This document shows positions 1 through 9,713 of a DNA stretch of 64,000 nucleotides, in pieces. Positions within the stretch are counted from its first letter, which is position 1, and each line of letters opens with the position of its first letter. Source of the DNA: an uncultured Actinomycetota bacterium (GTDB lineage Bacteria; Actinomycetota; Actinomycetes; Prado026). The notes under the pieces were generated by a model that did no database searches, was not told the DNA's origin, and saw only the letters and a program-made list of their open reading frames with translations. The stretch is from assembly GCA_963819215.1 (NCBI GenBank), contig CAWFVK010000009.1, positions 17,267-81,266 on the forward strand, in the 5' to 3' direction. Position numbers and translations under genes: made by a program.

Positions 1-393
1 CGCGGCCACGACTCCACCGGGCCGCGTCACGCGCGCCATCTCACGCAGGCCGGTGACGGGATCGGACATGAACTGCACGACCAGCTCCGCGATGGTGCGG
101 TCGAACTCGCCGTCGTTCCACGGCAGATCCTCGGCGCTGCCGAGCCGGACGTCGACGCCCGGCAGCAGCGCCGGCGCCTCGGCGATGAAGGGCTCGGACG
201 GGTCCACGCCTGCGACCGCGGACGCGCCGAGGCGATCGACGAGGACGGACGCCAGTGCGCCGGTGCCGCAGCCGACGTCGAGGGCGCGCTGCCCCGCCTC
301 GACCCCGGTGAGTTCGGCCAGCCGGTGCGCCAACGGTCGGCTGTAGCGGCCCATGAACTGCTCGTACGCCGAGGCGGCGACGTCGAAGGTCAT
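1..393 (-). CDS. class I SAM-dependent methyltransferase (N-terminal part; gene runs off the window start)
   Basis: Reverse translation from the ATG at 393..391 gives MTFDVAASAYEQFMGRYSRPLAHRLAELTGVEAGQRALDVGCGTGALASVLVDRLG... DVGCGTG is SAM-binding motif I. The frame is open to the window edge, so it is absent from the ORF track. Confidence 0.75.
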   Translation of the reverse strand, partial: MTFDVAASAYEQFMGRYSRPLAHRLAELTGVEAGQRALDVGCGTGALASVLVDRLGASAVAGVDPSEPFIAEAPALLPGVDVRLGSAEDLPWNDGEFDRTIAELVVQFMSDPVTGLREMARVTRPGGVVAA

Positions 394-417
394 GGGGCGA
401 CAGTAGAGCGTCGAGCG

Positions 418-2928
418 CTACACGTACTCGTGCTTCTTGAGCCAGCGCATCGAGAAGCCGCCCCACAGCGGAGGCAGGTAGAAGGTGAGCAGCCGGAAGG
501 CGATCGATGTCGAGACGGCGACCGAGCTCGGCACCCCGATGGCCTGCAGTCCTGCGATGTAGCCCGCCTCGGCGACGCCGATGCCGCCAGGCACGGGCAT
601 CAGGCCCGCGAAGAGGTTCACCAGTGTGTTGATGAGGATCAGCTGCGAGAGGTGGGCTGTGCCGCCGAAGGCGAGGAGACAGAGGCCGAGCACTCCCGCC
701 TGCAGAACCTGCGCGCCGAAGTTGCCGGTGAGCAGCTGGCCGACCTTCTTAGGCTGGCGGAACACCACCAGCTCCCCGCGCGCGGCCACGGCCTGCTCGC
801 GCAGTGCCGCCCGGGCGCGTGGGACCTCGGAGAAGATCCGCCGTCGCAGCCGCGGAACCACGAGTGCCACCACCACCGAGGCGACCAGGAGCACGATGGC
901 GAGCGCGAGGATCGAGGGCGTGGACGACGCCGTGGACGTGGTGGTGCTGGAGCTCGAGGTGATGCTCGAGGTCAGGCCGGGGAGTCCGGAGAGCACGATC
1001 AGCAGGATGAGCGTGATCTGCACCGCGAAGCCGCTGCCGCTGTCGATGATGCCGATCGACAGTGCCGCTCCTGGCTCGATGCCGAACCGCTGGAAGAAGC
1101 GGATCTCGAGGGCGAGCCTGGCCGCGGTCGCCGGCACCACGATCGCGATGAACTGGATGGCGTACTGCAGCATCAGGACCGGCCAGTAGCGCAGCTGGGT
1201 CTTGGAGGCGCCGAGCGTGGAGAACGAGTAGGCGATCTGCACCGTGGGAGTCAGCACGAGCGCGCCGATGAGCCAGCTGACCTGCGCCGTCTTGAGCTCG
1301 TCCCAGACGCTCGCGAAGTCGACCCCGGCGAGCGAGCTGAGGACGAAGTAGCCGATGAGCACGATGCCGAGCAGGACGAGCACGGAGCGGAGCGTGACTC
1401 GCCGGATCTTGTACAGCTCGGGCGGCTCGACGCCCGCGGCATCCACGGCCTTGCTGCGGAGCTCGCCAAGCTTCCAGTCGGCGGCCGAGACCGCGGCCCG
1501 TAGCCCGCGGTCGAGCACCGCCGGTTGGAGGAAGCCGAGAACTTCGGTGAGCCCAGCAGCGCCGATCACCTCGGTCGCCCCTTGCACGGCTCGCTCCGGC
1601 CCCACGAGCAGGGCGACGGTGACGAGCAGGCGCGCTCGGTCGGTCATGAGTGCGGTGTGGTCGGCGGCGACGTGCGCCGCCCCGAAGTCGGCCAGCATCA
1701 GGGCGCCGTCGTCGCCGAGCAGGACCCGTGTGCCGTCGAGGCGACCGTGCGCCACGCCGAGGCCGTGCAGGGCGACCAGGGTCTGCCAGCTGGCGCGGAC
1801 TTCTGCGTCGCTCAGCTGGCGCGGGGCCAGCTCTGCAAGCGGCGTGCCCTCCGCCTTCGTCACGAGCAGGGCGTCGCCCTCGGCCGACTTTCCCACCGTC
1901 ACGATCGGGCGGACCGGGACACCGCCTCGCTCGGCGAGCAGGGTGGCCACGGCCTCGTGCTCCACGCGCTCGAGCCTGGTCGAGCCCAGGCGGGGTGTCT
2001 CGCCCCTGTTCTGCAGCGAGGACCACGTCGAGGTGAGCACCTGGCCGTCCCAGGCGTCGCGCCCGAACACCTTGATGCCCAGCGGCCGCCCGTCGGCGCC
2101 GACCGCGGTGAACAACGCGACCCCTGGAACCTGCACGCGGGCGTCGCGCAGATCGACCACCTCGACCTCGAGATCGTCCAGCGCCAGCCGGACCTGGTCG
2201 AGGGTGGGACGTCCGCCGGGTGAGCCCAGCAGCAGGTGCGTGATGGCGGCGGCGCCGATGCCGACCCCGAGCCCGGCCACCACGCCGATGGGCAGCGCCA
2301 CCCCGAGCACGACGCTCGCGACCGCACCGAGCAGGAGGATCCAGCGACCGACGCTCCGCACGGCACCCGACAGGTGCGGCGATGCGGTGACGACGACAGC
2401 GGTGACCACAGCCGTGCGCACGGCCAGATAGACAGCGGGTGGGTGCGGGCTTGCGAAGACGCGGAACGAGGTGTTCTCCGGTGTCCCGGCGATCAGGCCG
2501 GCGACCACGGCGATGCCCAGGGCGATGCCGGCCGCGAGCAGTAGGTCCAGCGCCAGTCGCCGCCGGCCGGGGACCGCCAGGACGAGCAGCGTCAGCAGGA
2601 TCGCCCAGAGGCCCAGCACGGCATAGCCCAGGCTCCACAGCCAGTCGAGCCAGCTCGGGAGCGCGTTGGCCACCGAGACGAGCGCGTTGTCCAGGCTGGT
2701 CGGGCCGGGAGCGGCGAACGCCAGCGAGACGACCACGAGCACCGAGGCGACGAGCAGCAGGACGTCGGTGGGCCGTCTGGCTCTGGGGGCGTCCGCGGCC
2801 GAGGAGAAGACCCGGAGCACGGCCCGGCGTGCCTGTCGCTGCACCGCGCTTGCCTCGATCCCGATCGAACGGCTGTCCGTGGCGGAACCAGCGCCCGACT
2901 GCCGAGCGGTGGTTTCCTCAGCGAGCAC
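418..2928 (-). CDS. large integral membrane protein with a central kinase-like domain and a C-terminal flippase-like (MprF/UPF0104 LPG_synthase_TM-type) domain
   Basis: Uninterrupted 836-aa ORF with hydrophobic helices at both ends. The central soluble part has kinase-like strings LVTKAEGTPLAEL and HGRLDGTRVLLGDDGALMLADFG. The C-terminal GLMPVPGGIGVAEAGYIAG is typical of the UPF0104 flippase-like family. Confidence 0.8.
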   Translation of the reverse strand: MLAEETTARQSGAGSATDSRSIGIEASAVQRQARRAVLRVFSSAADAPRARRPTDVLLLVASVLVVVSLAFAAPGPTSLDNALVSVANALPSWLDWLWSLGYAVLGLWAILLTLLVLAVPGRRRLALDLLLAAGIALGIAVVAGLIAGTPENTSFRVFASPHPPAVYLAVRTAVVTAVVVTASPHLSGAVRSVGRWILLLGAVASVVLGVALPIGVVAGLGVGIGAAAITHLLLGSPGGRPTLDQVRLALDDLEVEVVDLRDARVQVPGVALFTAVGADGRPLGIKVFGRDAWDGQVLTSTWSSLQNRGETPRLGSTRLERVEHEAVATLLAERGGVPVRPIVTVGKSAEGDALLVTKAEGTPLAELAPRQLSDAEVRASWQTLVALHGLGVAHGRLDGTRVLLGDDGALMLADFGAAHVAADHTALMTDRARLLVTVALLVGPERAVQGATEVIGAAGLTEVLGFLQPAVLDRGLRAAVSAADWKLGELRSKAVDAAGVEPPELYKIRRVTLRSVLVLLGIVLIGYFVLSSLAGVDFASVWDELKTAQVSWLIGALVLTPTVQIAYSFSTLGASKTQLRYWPVLMLQYAIQFIAIVVPATAARLALEIRFFQRFGIEPGAALSIGIIDSGSGFAVQITLILLIVLSGLPGLTSSITSSSSTTTSTASSTPSILALAIVLLVASVVVALVVPRLRRRIFSEVPRARAALREQAVAARGELVVFRQPKKVGQLLTGNFGAQVLQAGVLGLCLLAFGGTAHLSQLILINTLVNLFAGLMPVPGGIGVAEAGYIAGLQAIGVPSSVAVSTSIAFRLLTFYLPPLWGGFSMRWLKKHEYV

Positions 2929-2999
2929 TCTGGCAGATCAACTTGTGGCAGACGGCCATTTGCGCCCCGGACCGAACACGGAAAATGTCATCATGACGG

Positions 3000-4409
3000 G
3001 TGACCGCGACCCCATCTGACGCCGCCGCTGCACCACCGGCCGAGCCCGCGCTGCCGCTCGATCCGCTCGCCATGATGCGCAGTCGTCCCTACCGCGTGCT
3101 GCTGATCCTCGCCGCCATCGTGGGCCTCATCGTGTCGCTGGTGTGCTGGGGTTTCCTCGAGCTCGTGCACGTGGTGCAGCAGGAGGTCTACGACAAGCTG
3201 CCCGGCCAGCTCGGCTTCAGCTCCGAGCCGTGGTGGTGGCCGCTCCCGGTCCTGCTGGTCGCCGGGCTGGTGACGGCCTTCGCGATCTACCGGCTCCCCG
3301 GCAAGGGCGGCCACGTGCCGTACCTCGGCTTCACGGCCGGCCAGCCACTCCCCAGCTACATCCCGGGCATCGCGCTCGCGGGCCTGGCCAGCCTCGGACT
3401 CGGGCTCGTGCTTGGTCCCGAGGCGCCGCTCATCGCGATCGGCACCGGCCTCGGGATCCTTGCCATCCATGTCGCGCGCAAGGACTCCCCGAACCAGGTG
3501 GTCGCTGTCGTCGCGGCGGCCGGCGCCTTCGCGGCCGTCGCCACCATCTTCGGCTCGCCGCTCATCGGCGCGGTCATCCTGATCGAGGCCGCGGGCCTCG
3601 GCGGTGCGACGCTGCCGGTGGTCCTGCTCCCGGGACTGCTCGCTGCTGGCATCGGCTCGTTGTGCTTCACCGGTGTGAACCACTGGACGGGGCTCAGCAA
3701 CAGCGACTACGCGCTGAACCCGTTCACGCTGCCCACCTTCACCACGCCGACCTTCGCCGACATCGGTTGGACATTGCTGCTCTCGGCGGTCGCCGCCGTC
3801 GCCGTCTACGCGATCATCCAGCTGGCGCGCGCGTCGGCCGCGATCGTCGATCGTGCGCCGTGGGTGTTGCTGCCCGCAGCCGGTCTGCTGATCGGCGGCT
3901 TCGCGATCGCGTTCTCCGAGATCGCGCACGAGGCCTCGAGCACGGTCCTCTTCTCCGGCCAGGACGCCTTCAGCCAGGTGTTCGCCATCGGTCCGACAGC
4001 GCCGATCTCGGTGCTGCTGTGGTTGCTGCTGTTCAAAGGGCTCGCCTGGGGCCTCTCGCTCGGGAGCTTCCGTGGCGGCCCGACCTTCCCCGCGATCTTC
4101 ATGGGCGCGGTCGGCGGGCTGCTCGCCGCGCATCTTCCCGGGTTGTCCGAGACCCCGGCGGTCGCAGTGCTGATCGGCGCCACCGTGGTGGCGATGCTCC
4201 GGCTGCCGCTCTCGTCGATCCTGCTGGCCATCTTGCTCACCTCGCACGCCGGTGCCGGGTCGGCGCCGCTGGTGATCATCGGCGTCGTGGTGGCCTACCT
4301 CGTCACGCTCGCGCTGCGGGCACGGTTCGAGCCCGCTCCCGCTCCCGCTCCGTCACCGGCCGCTGCCGCGGAGGGTGAGACGACCAGGGCTGGAGGGACA
4401 CCCGCATGA
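3000..4409 (+). CDS. ClC-family voltage-gated chloride channel / H+-Cl- antiporter
   Basis: 469-aa multi-TM ORF with a GTG start. It carries ClC signature strings GLVLGPEAPLIAIG (GxEGP-type), GSPLIGAVILIE and GGPTFPAIFMG (GxFxP). Confidence 0.9.
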   Translation: MTATPSDAAAAPPAEPALPLDPLAMMRSRPYRVLLILAAIVGLIVSLVCWGFLELVHVVQQEVYDKLPGQLGFSSEPWWWPLPVLLVAGLVTAFAIYRLPGKGGHVPYLGFTAGQPLPSYIPGIALAGLASLGLGLVLGPEAPLIAIGTGLGILAIHVARKDSPNQVVAVVAAAGAFAAVATIFGSPLIGAVILIEAAGLGGATLPVVLLPGLLAAGIGSLCFTGVNHWTGLSNSDYALNPFTLPTFTTPTFADIGWTLLLSAVAAVAVYAIIQLARASAAIVDRAPWVLLPAAGLLIGGFAIAFSEIAHEASSTVLFSGQDAFSQVFAIGPTAPISVLLWLLLFKGLAWGLSLGSFRGGPTFPAIFMGAVGGLLAAHLPGLSETPAVAVLIGATVVAMLRLPLSSILLAILLTSHAGAGSAPLVIIGVVVAYLVTLALRARFEPAPAPAPSPAAAAEGETTRAGGTPA

Positions 4410-5029
4410 GTGACGACCTCTCCCCGGCGCCCCCCGAGACCGCGCCCGGTGCCGATGCCGAGCCTCCTGCCCAGGCTGCGCCGAGTGCCGCTGCCGTCGT
4501 GAGTGGCGGGGCCGCCAGCAGACGGCAGATGGCGCTGGCGGCCGCGCGTTCCGTCGCGACCTCGGTCGTGCTCGTCACGCTCTACTACGTGCTCCCGTTC
4601 GACGGCTCCTTCAGGGACACCTGGGTCCGCCTGCTGCTTGGCCTGATCGTCCTGGTGGCGCTGATCACCTGGCAGCTCCACGCGATCATCAACTCGCGGT
4701 TCCCCGGGATCCGGGCGGTCGAGAGCCTGGCCTTCACCCTGCCGCTGTTCCTCACCGTCTTCGCCTCGACCTACTACGTGATGTCGCGCACGCAGCTCGA
4801 CAGCTTCAACTCGCACCTGACGCGCACCGACTCGCTCTACTTCACGATCACGACGTTCGCCACTGTGGGCTTCGGCGACGTGCACGCAGCGAGCCAGACC
4901 GCCAGGGTCGTGGTGATGGTCCAGATGGTCCTCGACCTCATCATCCTCGGTGCCGGTATCCGGGTGTTCTCCGGAGCGGTGCGGCGCGGGCAGGAGCGGC
5001 GCGAGACGAGCAAGGCCGTGGCGGGCTAG
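4406..5029 (+). CDS. two-TM potassium channel (ion transport 2 family)
   Basis: 207 aa. The pore helix plus selectivity filter reads YFTITTFATVGFGDV, flanked by TM helices. Its ATG overlaps the ClC stop codon (ATGA at 4406-4409). Confidence 0.85.
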   Translation: MSDDLSPAPPETAPGADAEPPAQAAPSAAAVVSGGAASRRQMALAAARSVATSVVLVTLYYVLPFDGSFRDTWVRLLLGLIVLVALITWQLHAIINSRFPGIRAVESLAFTLPLFLTVFASTYYVMSRTQLDSFNSHLTRTDSLYFTITTFATVGFGDVHAASQTARVVVMVQMVLDLIILGAGIRVFSGAVRRGQERRETSKAVAG

Positions 5030-5568
5030 TGCGTCAGCCAGAGCTTCAGGGCGATCATCACGACGCCGAAGCTCAGCGTCGCTGTCGTCGTCCAGAGCAG
5101 GTGCAGCCCCTGCACCCCGCTGCGCCTGCCGGCTGAGAACCCGGCCACGCCGAGCAGCACGGTCGTCACGATCAGGGCGACCAGCGCCGCGGTCGAGACC
5201 TCGGCTCCTGCCGCGCCGGCGATGAGCAGGGCCAGCAAAGGCAGGTACGAGGCGCTGACCAGCGGCCAGCCCTGCCGGAGCACCCGGAGGTTCTCGTCCC
5301 TGGTGAGTGCGTGGCGCTCGACCATGCGCTGGGCGAGCGCGTGGGCATAGCCCTCCGCGGCCCAGTAGACGAGCACGGTCACCAGCACCGACAGAGCCAC
5401 CGCGTGCAGCGACTCCTTCGCGGCCGCCGTGGCCAGGGTCGCACCGGCCACGACCAGCCCGTAGATGCCGGAAGCGATGGACCGCGTGCTGGTCGGAGCT
5501 TGCGGCGCCTCGACGTCAGGGGTCGGGAGGTCTTCGGCTGGGTCGGTCACCCGCACAGTCTGGCGCAC
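5026..5568 (-). CDS. hypothetical membrane protein
   Basis: 180-aa ORF with about 5 hydrophobic helices and GC3-rich codon use. No family recognised. Its stop overlaps the K+ channel stop in a shared CTAG. Confidence 0.55.
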   Translation of the reverse strand: MRQTVRVTDPAEDLPTPDVEAPQAPTSTRSIASGIYGLVVAGATLATAAAKESLHAVALSVLVTVLVYWAAEGYAHALAQRMVERHALTRDENLRVLRQGWPLVSASYLPLLALLIAGAAGAEVSTAALVALIVTTVLLGVAGFSAGRRSGVQGLHLLWTTTATLSFGVVMIALKLWLTH

Positions 5569-5660
5569 CGCCGACAGCCGGTCCGCGCGGCTCGCTCCGC
5601 TGCGGACTGACTGCGCGAACCGACCGATCCTGCTGATCTACCAGCGACCAGGCTCCAGCC

Positions 5661-7864
5661 TCAGGCGCCGGGTGACTCGATCAGCAGGCTCATGCCCTGC
5701 AAGGCGTTGAGGGCGATCCCGAAGGCGTGCAGGTTGTCGACGTCGCCGACCTGTTCACCGGTTCCGGTGTCCACCACGGCGGCGCCCGGCGGGAAGAAGT
5801 CCGAGCGCACGCTGCCGGCGACTGGCTCGTTGGCGAAGTTGAGCACGGTCGCCTGCACCCTGCCGTCGGCCAGCTCGTGGACGAGCACGAGCAGCCCCGG
5901 GTGGGAGACGTCCGGGATGTCGACCTGGCGCGCGGTGGCGATCCCGAAGGCCTTGCGGATCGCCAGGATGTTGCGCAGCCCGCTGACGAACGAGTCAGGG
6001 TCCTCGAGCTGGTCGGGGATGGATCCGTAGAGGCTGCGCCCGCGAGGCATCCCCGCCGTGGACTGCTCGGCGGAGGGGTTGAGCGCCATGAGGTCGTGGG
6101 CGCCGCGGTGGATCCAGCGGGTGTCGCCGTCGGCGAGCAGGTGGGGGATCCGGGCCGGATCGAGCGGCAGCATGCCGCTGAGGTCCCAGCCGGAGAGCGC
6201 GAACACTCCCGGCTGCAGCGCGTTGTACATGGCGAGCAGCAGGTGCGCGCGTCGGACCTGCTCGACGTCGGCCGCGGTGAGGTCGTCGAGGACGTCGCAG
6301 CCCGAGGGCAGCCGTGGCCACGCTCGCCATGGTGCAGGCGATGCCGTTCTGGGTGAACAGCAGGTTGTACGGTCCGCGCTCGCCGCTGAGGTTCTCGATG
6401 AGCTCGCGACGGATGGTCCTCGCCAGCTCGGCTCCGGTGATGTCCTCGCCGCGGAAGAGGTAGGTCGTCAGCGGCGTGCACGTCCTCGAAGTGCACGAGC
6501 TCGTAGGTGAGCTCGTCGTGGTTCTGCAACGCGTGGACGAGGGAGGCGGGGTCGATGCCCACGCGCTGGCCCTCGCGCAGAGTGAGCCGCAGGAAGTCCG
6601 TGTTCCCGGTCGCGAGGGCGTGCTGGTAGGCCGGGCGGGTGATGAAGTCGTAGGAGAGGTCAGCCCCCGCCTCGGAGGTCACCTTGATGTCGTCCATCGA
6701 GAGGTTGAGCTCCTGGAAGGTGAAGCCGCCGACCTTGCGCACCATGCTCGCGATCAGCTGGTTGGCGGCGTCCGACAGCGGGTGGCCCTCGGACCAGGCC
6801 GGCGTGCCCTCGGTGCTCTTCTCGACACCGAGGAACCCGTTGGCGTCGAGCCGCAGCCCGCCGGCGCCCAGGTCGGTGAGCGAGTGCAGGGCGTCCCCGA
6901 TGACCAGGCGCATGCCCGCGAACGACGGGTCGAGCCAGTTGATCGAGGGCTGGCCCTCCTTGAAGTAGTGGAGGTACACCCATCGGCGGTCCACGCCATC
7001 CACCCCGCGGACGACGTCGCTGGCGCTCCAGTTGGTCTCCTTCACGCCCTCGGCGAAGAAGATCACGCGCTGCAGGGCGCCGACGATGTAGCCGGCCCTG
7101 GCGAGCAGGCGCTCGGACTCCGCGCTGATGTTCGCCGAGTCCCTGCCTGGCGCGACGTCCGGCAGCAGGCCCCAGTCCGCCGGGTCGATCTCGACCATGT
7201 GGTAGATGCCGGGGTAGTCGGTGTAGCCCATCTCGGCGAGGCGGAAGTCCGCACCCTTGCCGGTGTGGCCCGGGACGATGTCGTCGATCACGGTTCCGCC
7301 GAAGGTCGCCGCGGCGCTGCAGAGCTCGCGGTACTCCTCGGCGGTCCCGAAGACCGGGTCGATCTGCGTGGTGATGCGGTCGAAGTGCCCGTCGACGGTC
7401 GGTGTCGCCCGCCAGCCCCGCAGCCCACCTGCTGACTTCACCGGTCCGGTGTGGACCGCCTCGATCCCGATGTGGCTGAAGGCCTTCCAGAGGTTCTCGT
7501 CGCCGAGCGTGGTGAGGAACGAGGTTCCCGGCGCGTTGAGCAACGAGATCGGGTACGCCGTGAACCACACCGACGCCGTCTCGACAGCCGCGCGCGGGTC
7601 GGGGCGGGCGAAGGGGTTCTGCCACATGATCCCGGTGCCGGAGAGCTGGCGCGCGATCGTCTTCGCGTACTGCAGCATGGACTGCTCGACGAGCCATGCG
7701 ACGTACGCCGGGTTCTCCGACGTCGCCGGCCCGTGCTGGCCGGAGGGTGTGACGGTGGTGCCGTTGCTCCGCTGTCGCGCGACGGCACGCAACGGCCGCG
7801 GCCTGGCAGGGAAGAACCGCTCGGCGTAGGTGTGCTCGCTGCCCGTCTGCTCCGTCTCTTCCAC
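5661..7864 (-). pseudogene. GH13 alpha-amylase-family glucosyltransferase/hydrolase (TreY/TreS-like), two frameshifts as sequenced
   Basis: The N-terminal ~460 aa (ORF 5690..7864) has GH13 features: [20 protein letters not shown] and [10 protein letters not shown]. Protein sense moves to a second frame near 6478 ([44 protein letters not shown]). It moves to a third frame near 6312 and joins ORF 5661..6230 (..[33 protein letters not shown]..). Confidence 0.8.
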
Positions 7865-7891
7865 CGCGGCATTCTGTCAGTGCAAGCTGTG

Positions 7892-8506
7892 CTAGGCGTG
7901 CACCAGCTCCTGCTCGATCCGGCGCAGCCGCGGGGACGACGACTCGAGCACGACCAGCGAGCAGGCGGTGCTGAGAGCGACCATGGCGGAGATCACGACG
8001 GGGACGTCGCCGGCGAGCAACGCATAGCTCAACCAGCAGGTCTGGGAGCCGATCTTGACGACCCACGTGGTGACCGAGACGCCGGACGGAGCGCCGGAGC
8101 GCCAGGTCCCGATCGAGTCGAAGACCTGCGGCCAGGTCGAGAGCAGACCGATCGCGAACGCGAGGTAGCCCACCTCGTGCGCCGGCATCAAGCAGGCCGC
8201 CGTGACCAGGACGGCGCCCGCCGCGGCCAGGCGCAGCCCGCGCTGGCCGGGGGAGAGCGCGCTCGGCACCAGCAGCACGATCGCCACCGCGCCGGCGACG
8301 AGCAGCACGTTCCCCGGCACCTGCGGCCAGGTCGCGGTCCGCAGGCCGTAGGTGAGCCAGGCCGTGCAGGCGAGTGCTCCCAGCGACCAGGACAGCGGGG
8401 ACACCCCGCCCAGTCGCGGGTGCCGGATCGTGCGCAGGATCTGCGGGACCACCATGCACACCCCGAGTGCCGCACCCGTGTACCCGAGCGCCGTGCCGAT
8501 CTCCAT
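7892..8506 (-). CDS. PQ-loop / SWEET-like transporter with 7 predicted TM helices (3+1+3)
   Basis: The real start is MEIGTALGY (ATG 8506..8504) inside ORF 7892..9349, giving 204 aa. There are two PQ motifs (MVVPQILRT and STWPQVFDS), each at the end of the first helix of a 3-helix bundle, with a linker helix between them. Confidence 0.75.
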   Translation of the reverse strand: MEIGTALGYTGAALGVCMVVPQILRTIRHPRLGGVSPLSWSLGALACTAWLTYGLRTATWPQVPGNVLLVAGAVAIVLLVPSALSPGQRGLRLAAAGAVLVTAACLMPAHEVGYLAFAIGLLSTWPQVFDSIGTWRSGAPSGVSVTTWVVKIGSQTCWLSYALLAGDVPVVISAMVALSTACSLVVLESSSPRLRRIEQELVHA

Positions 8507-8590
8507 CACGTCCTGCTTCCTTGCCTGCGTCGTCCGACGTCCTGGGTGGTCGCTGCGACCGCGCTGTCCCCAGCGACGGCCACGTTTGTT

Positions 8591-8604
8591 CTGTAACGAT
8601 ACAG
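8591..8604. promoter_or_regulatory. candidate LacI-type operator (imperfect palindrome CTGTAACGATACAG)
   Basis: A 14-bp near-palindrome (6 of 7 half-site matches) in an AT-rich island. It lies between the divergent PQ-loop gene (start 8506) and the LacI gene (start 8662). It resembles the TGTAAnCGnTTACA class of LacI/GalR operators. Confidence 0.45.
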
Positions 8605-8661
8605 TACGAGAAGGTCCAGGCCTGCCCTCTTTGTTCCCGGGGCCCGGACCAGGGAGGACCC

Positions 8662-9713
8662 GTGAGCAGCAGGCGGCCGACGCTGGACGATGTCGCGGCG
8701 CTCGCCGGGGTCTCCCGGATGACGGTGTCGAACGCGTACAACCGCGCCTGACCAGCTCTCGGCGTCGACCAGGCTGCGGGTGCTGGAGGCCGCGCAGTCG
8801 CTCGGGTACCCCGGGTCCGACCCGGCGGCCCGCTCGTTGCGCAGGGGGCGGGTGGGTGCCGTGGGCGTCCTGCTGACCGAGCGCCTGCCCTACGCGTTCA
8901 CCGATCCGGGTCTCGTCCAGCTGCTGCGCGGGGTGGCGACCGCGCTGTCCGACGCAGGGCAGGGACTGCTGCTCGTGCCGACGATCGAGGGCGAAGGGCC
9001 GGCGCTGGTGCGGCAGTCCCTGGTGGACGCGTTCATCCTCTGCTCCGTCCCCGCCGGTGATCCCGTCGTCGCCGCGGTCCAGGAACGCCGGCTGCCGATG
9101 GTGACCGTCGGCAGCCCCAAGCTGCGCGGGGTGCCCTTCGTCGGGATCGACAACGAGGGCGAGGGGCGGGCTGATGGCGCGGCACCTGCTCGGGCTGGGG
9201 CACACCAGGCTGGTCGCGCTGGATGCCTCCAGTGGCGAGGCGGGGGAGCCGCCGCGCCCCGGCATGCGCTCGCGGATCCTCGGCTTCGTCAAGGAGTGCG
9301 AGAAGGAGCTCGGGCCGGGCTGCGTCCAGCAGGTCGAGGCGGAGAGCAACGACCGCTTCGGCGGACGGCACTGCCATCGGTCCGGTGCTGGGCCGTCGAC
9401 GCGAGCGTCCGACCGCGGTGTTCGCCTCGACCGACGTGCTGGCGCTGGGCGTCATGGACGAGGCCGCGGCCCGCGGGCTGGCGGTCCCCGGGCAGCTCTC
9501 GGTGGCCGGGTTCGACGACATCGACGCCGCGGCCGGGCCGTGCCAGCGTTGACGACTGTGCGGCAGCGGTTGACCGAGCAGGGTCGCATCGCCACCACGC
9601 TTGCCCTCGCCCAGGTCGTGGGCGAGGCCGTCAAGGTGCCCAGGCTGGCCACGCAGCTGGTCGTCAGGGACAGCACGGGACCCGTGCCGGGCGCGGGACG
9701 TACCTCTCGATGA
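8662..9713 (+). pseudogene. LacI-family transcriptional regulator, about 4 frameshifts as sequenced
   Basis: GTG at 8662 follows AGGGAGGA. The HTH reads PTLDDVAALAGVSRMTVSNAYNR. Sense then continues in other frames: RLRVLEAAQSLGYPG..VGIDNEG (ORF 8780), MARHLLGLGHTRLVAL.. (ORF 9174), TAVFASTDVLALGVMDEAAARGLAVPGQLSVAGFDD (ORF 9223) and PALTTVRQRL..* (ORF 9174 tail). Shifts fall near 8748, 9172, 9362 and 9546. Confidence 0.85.
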
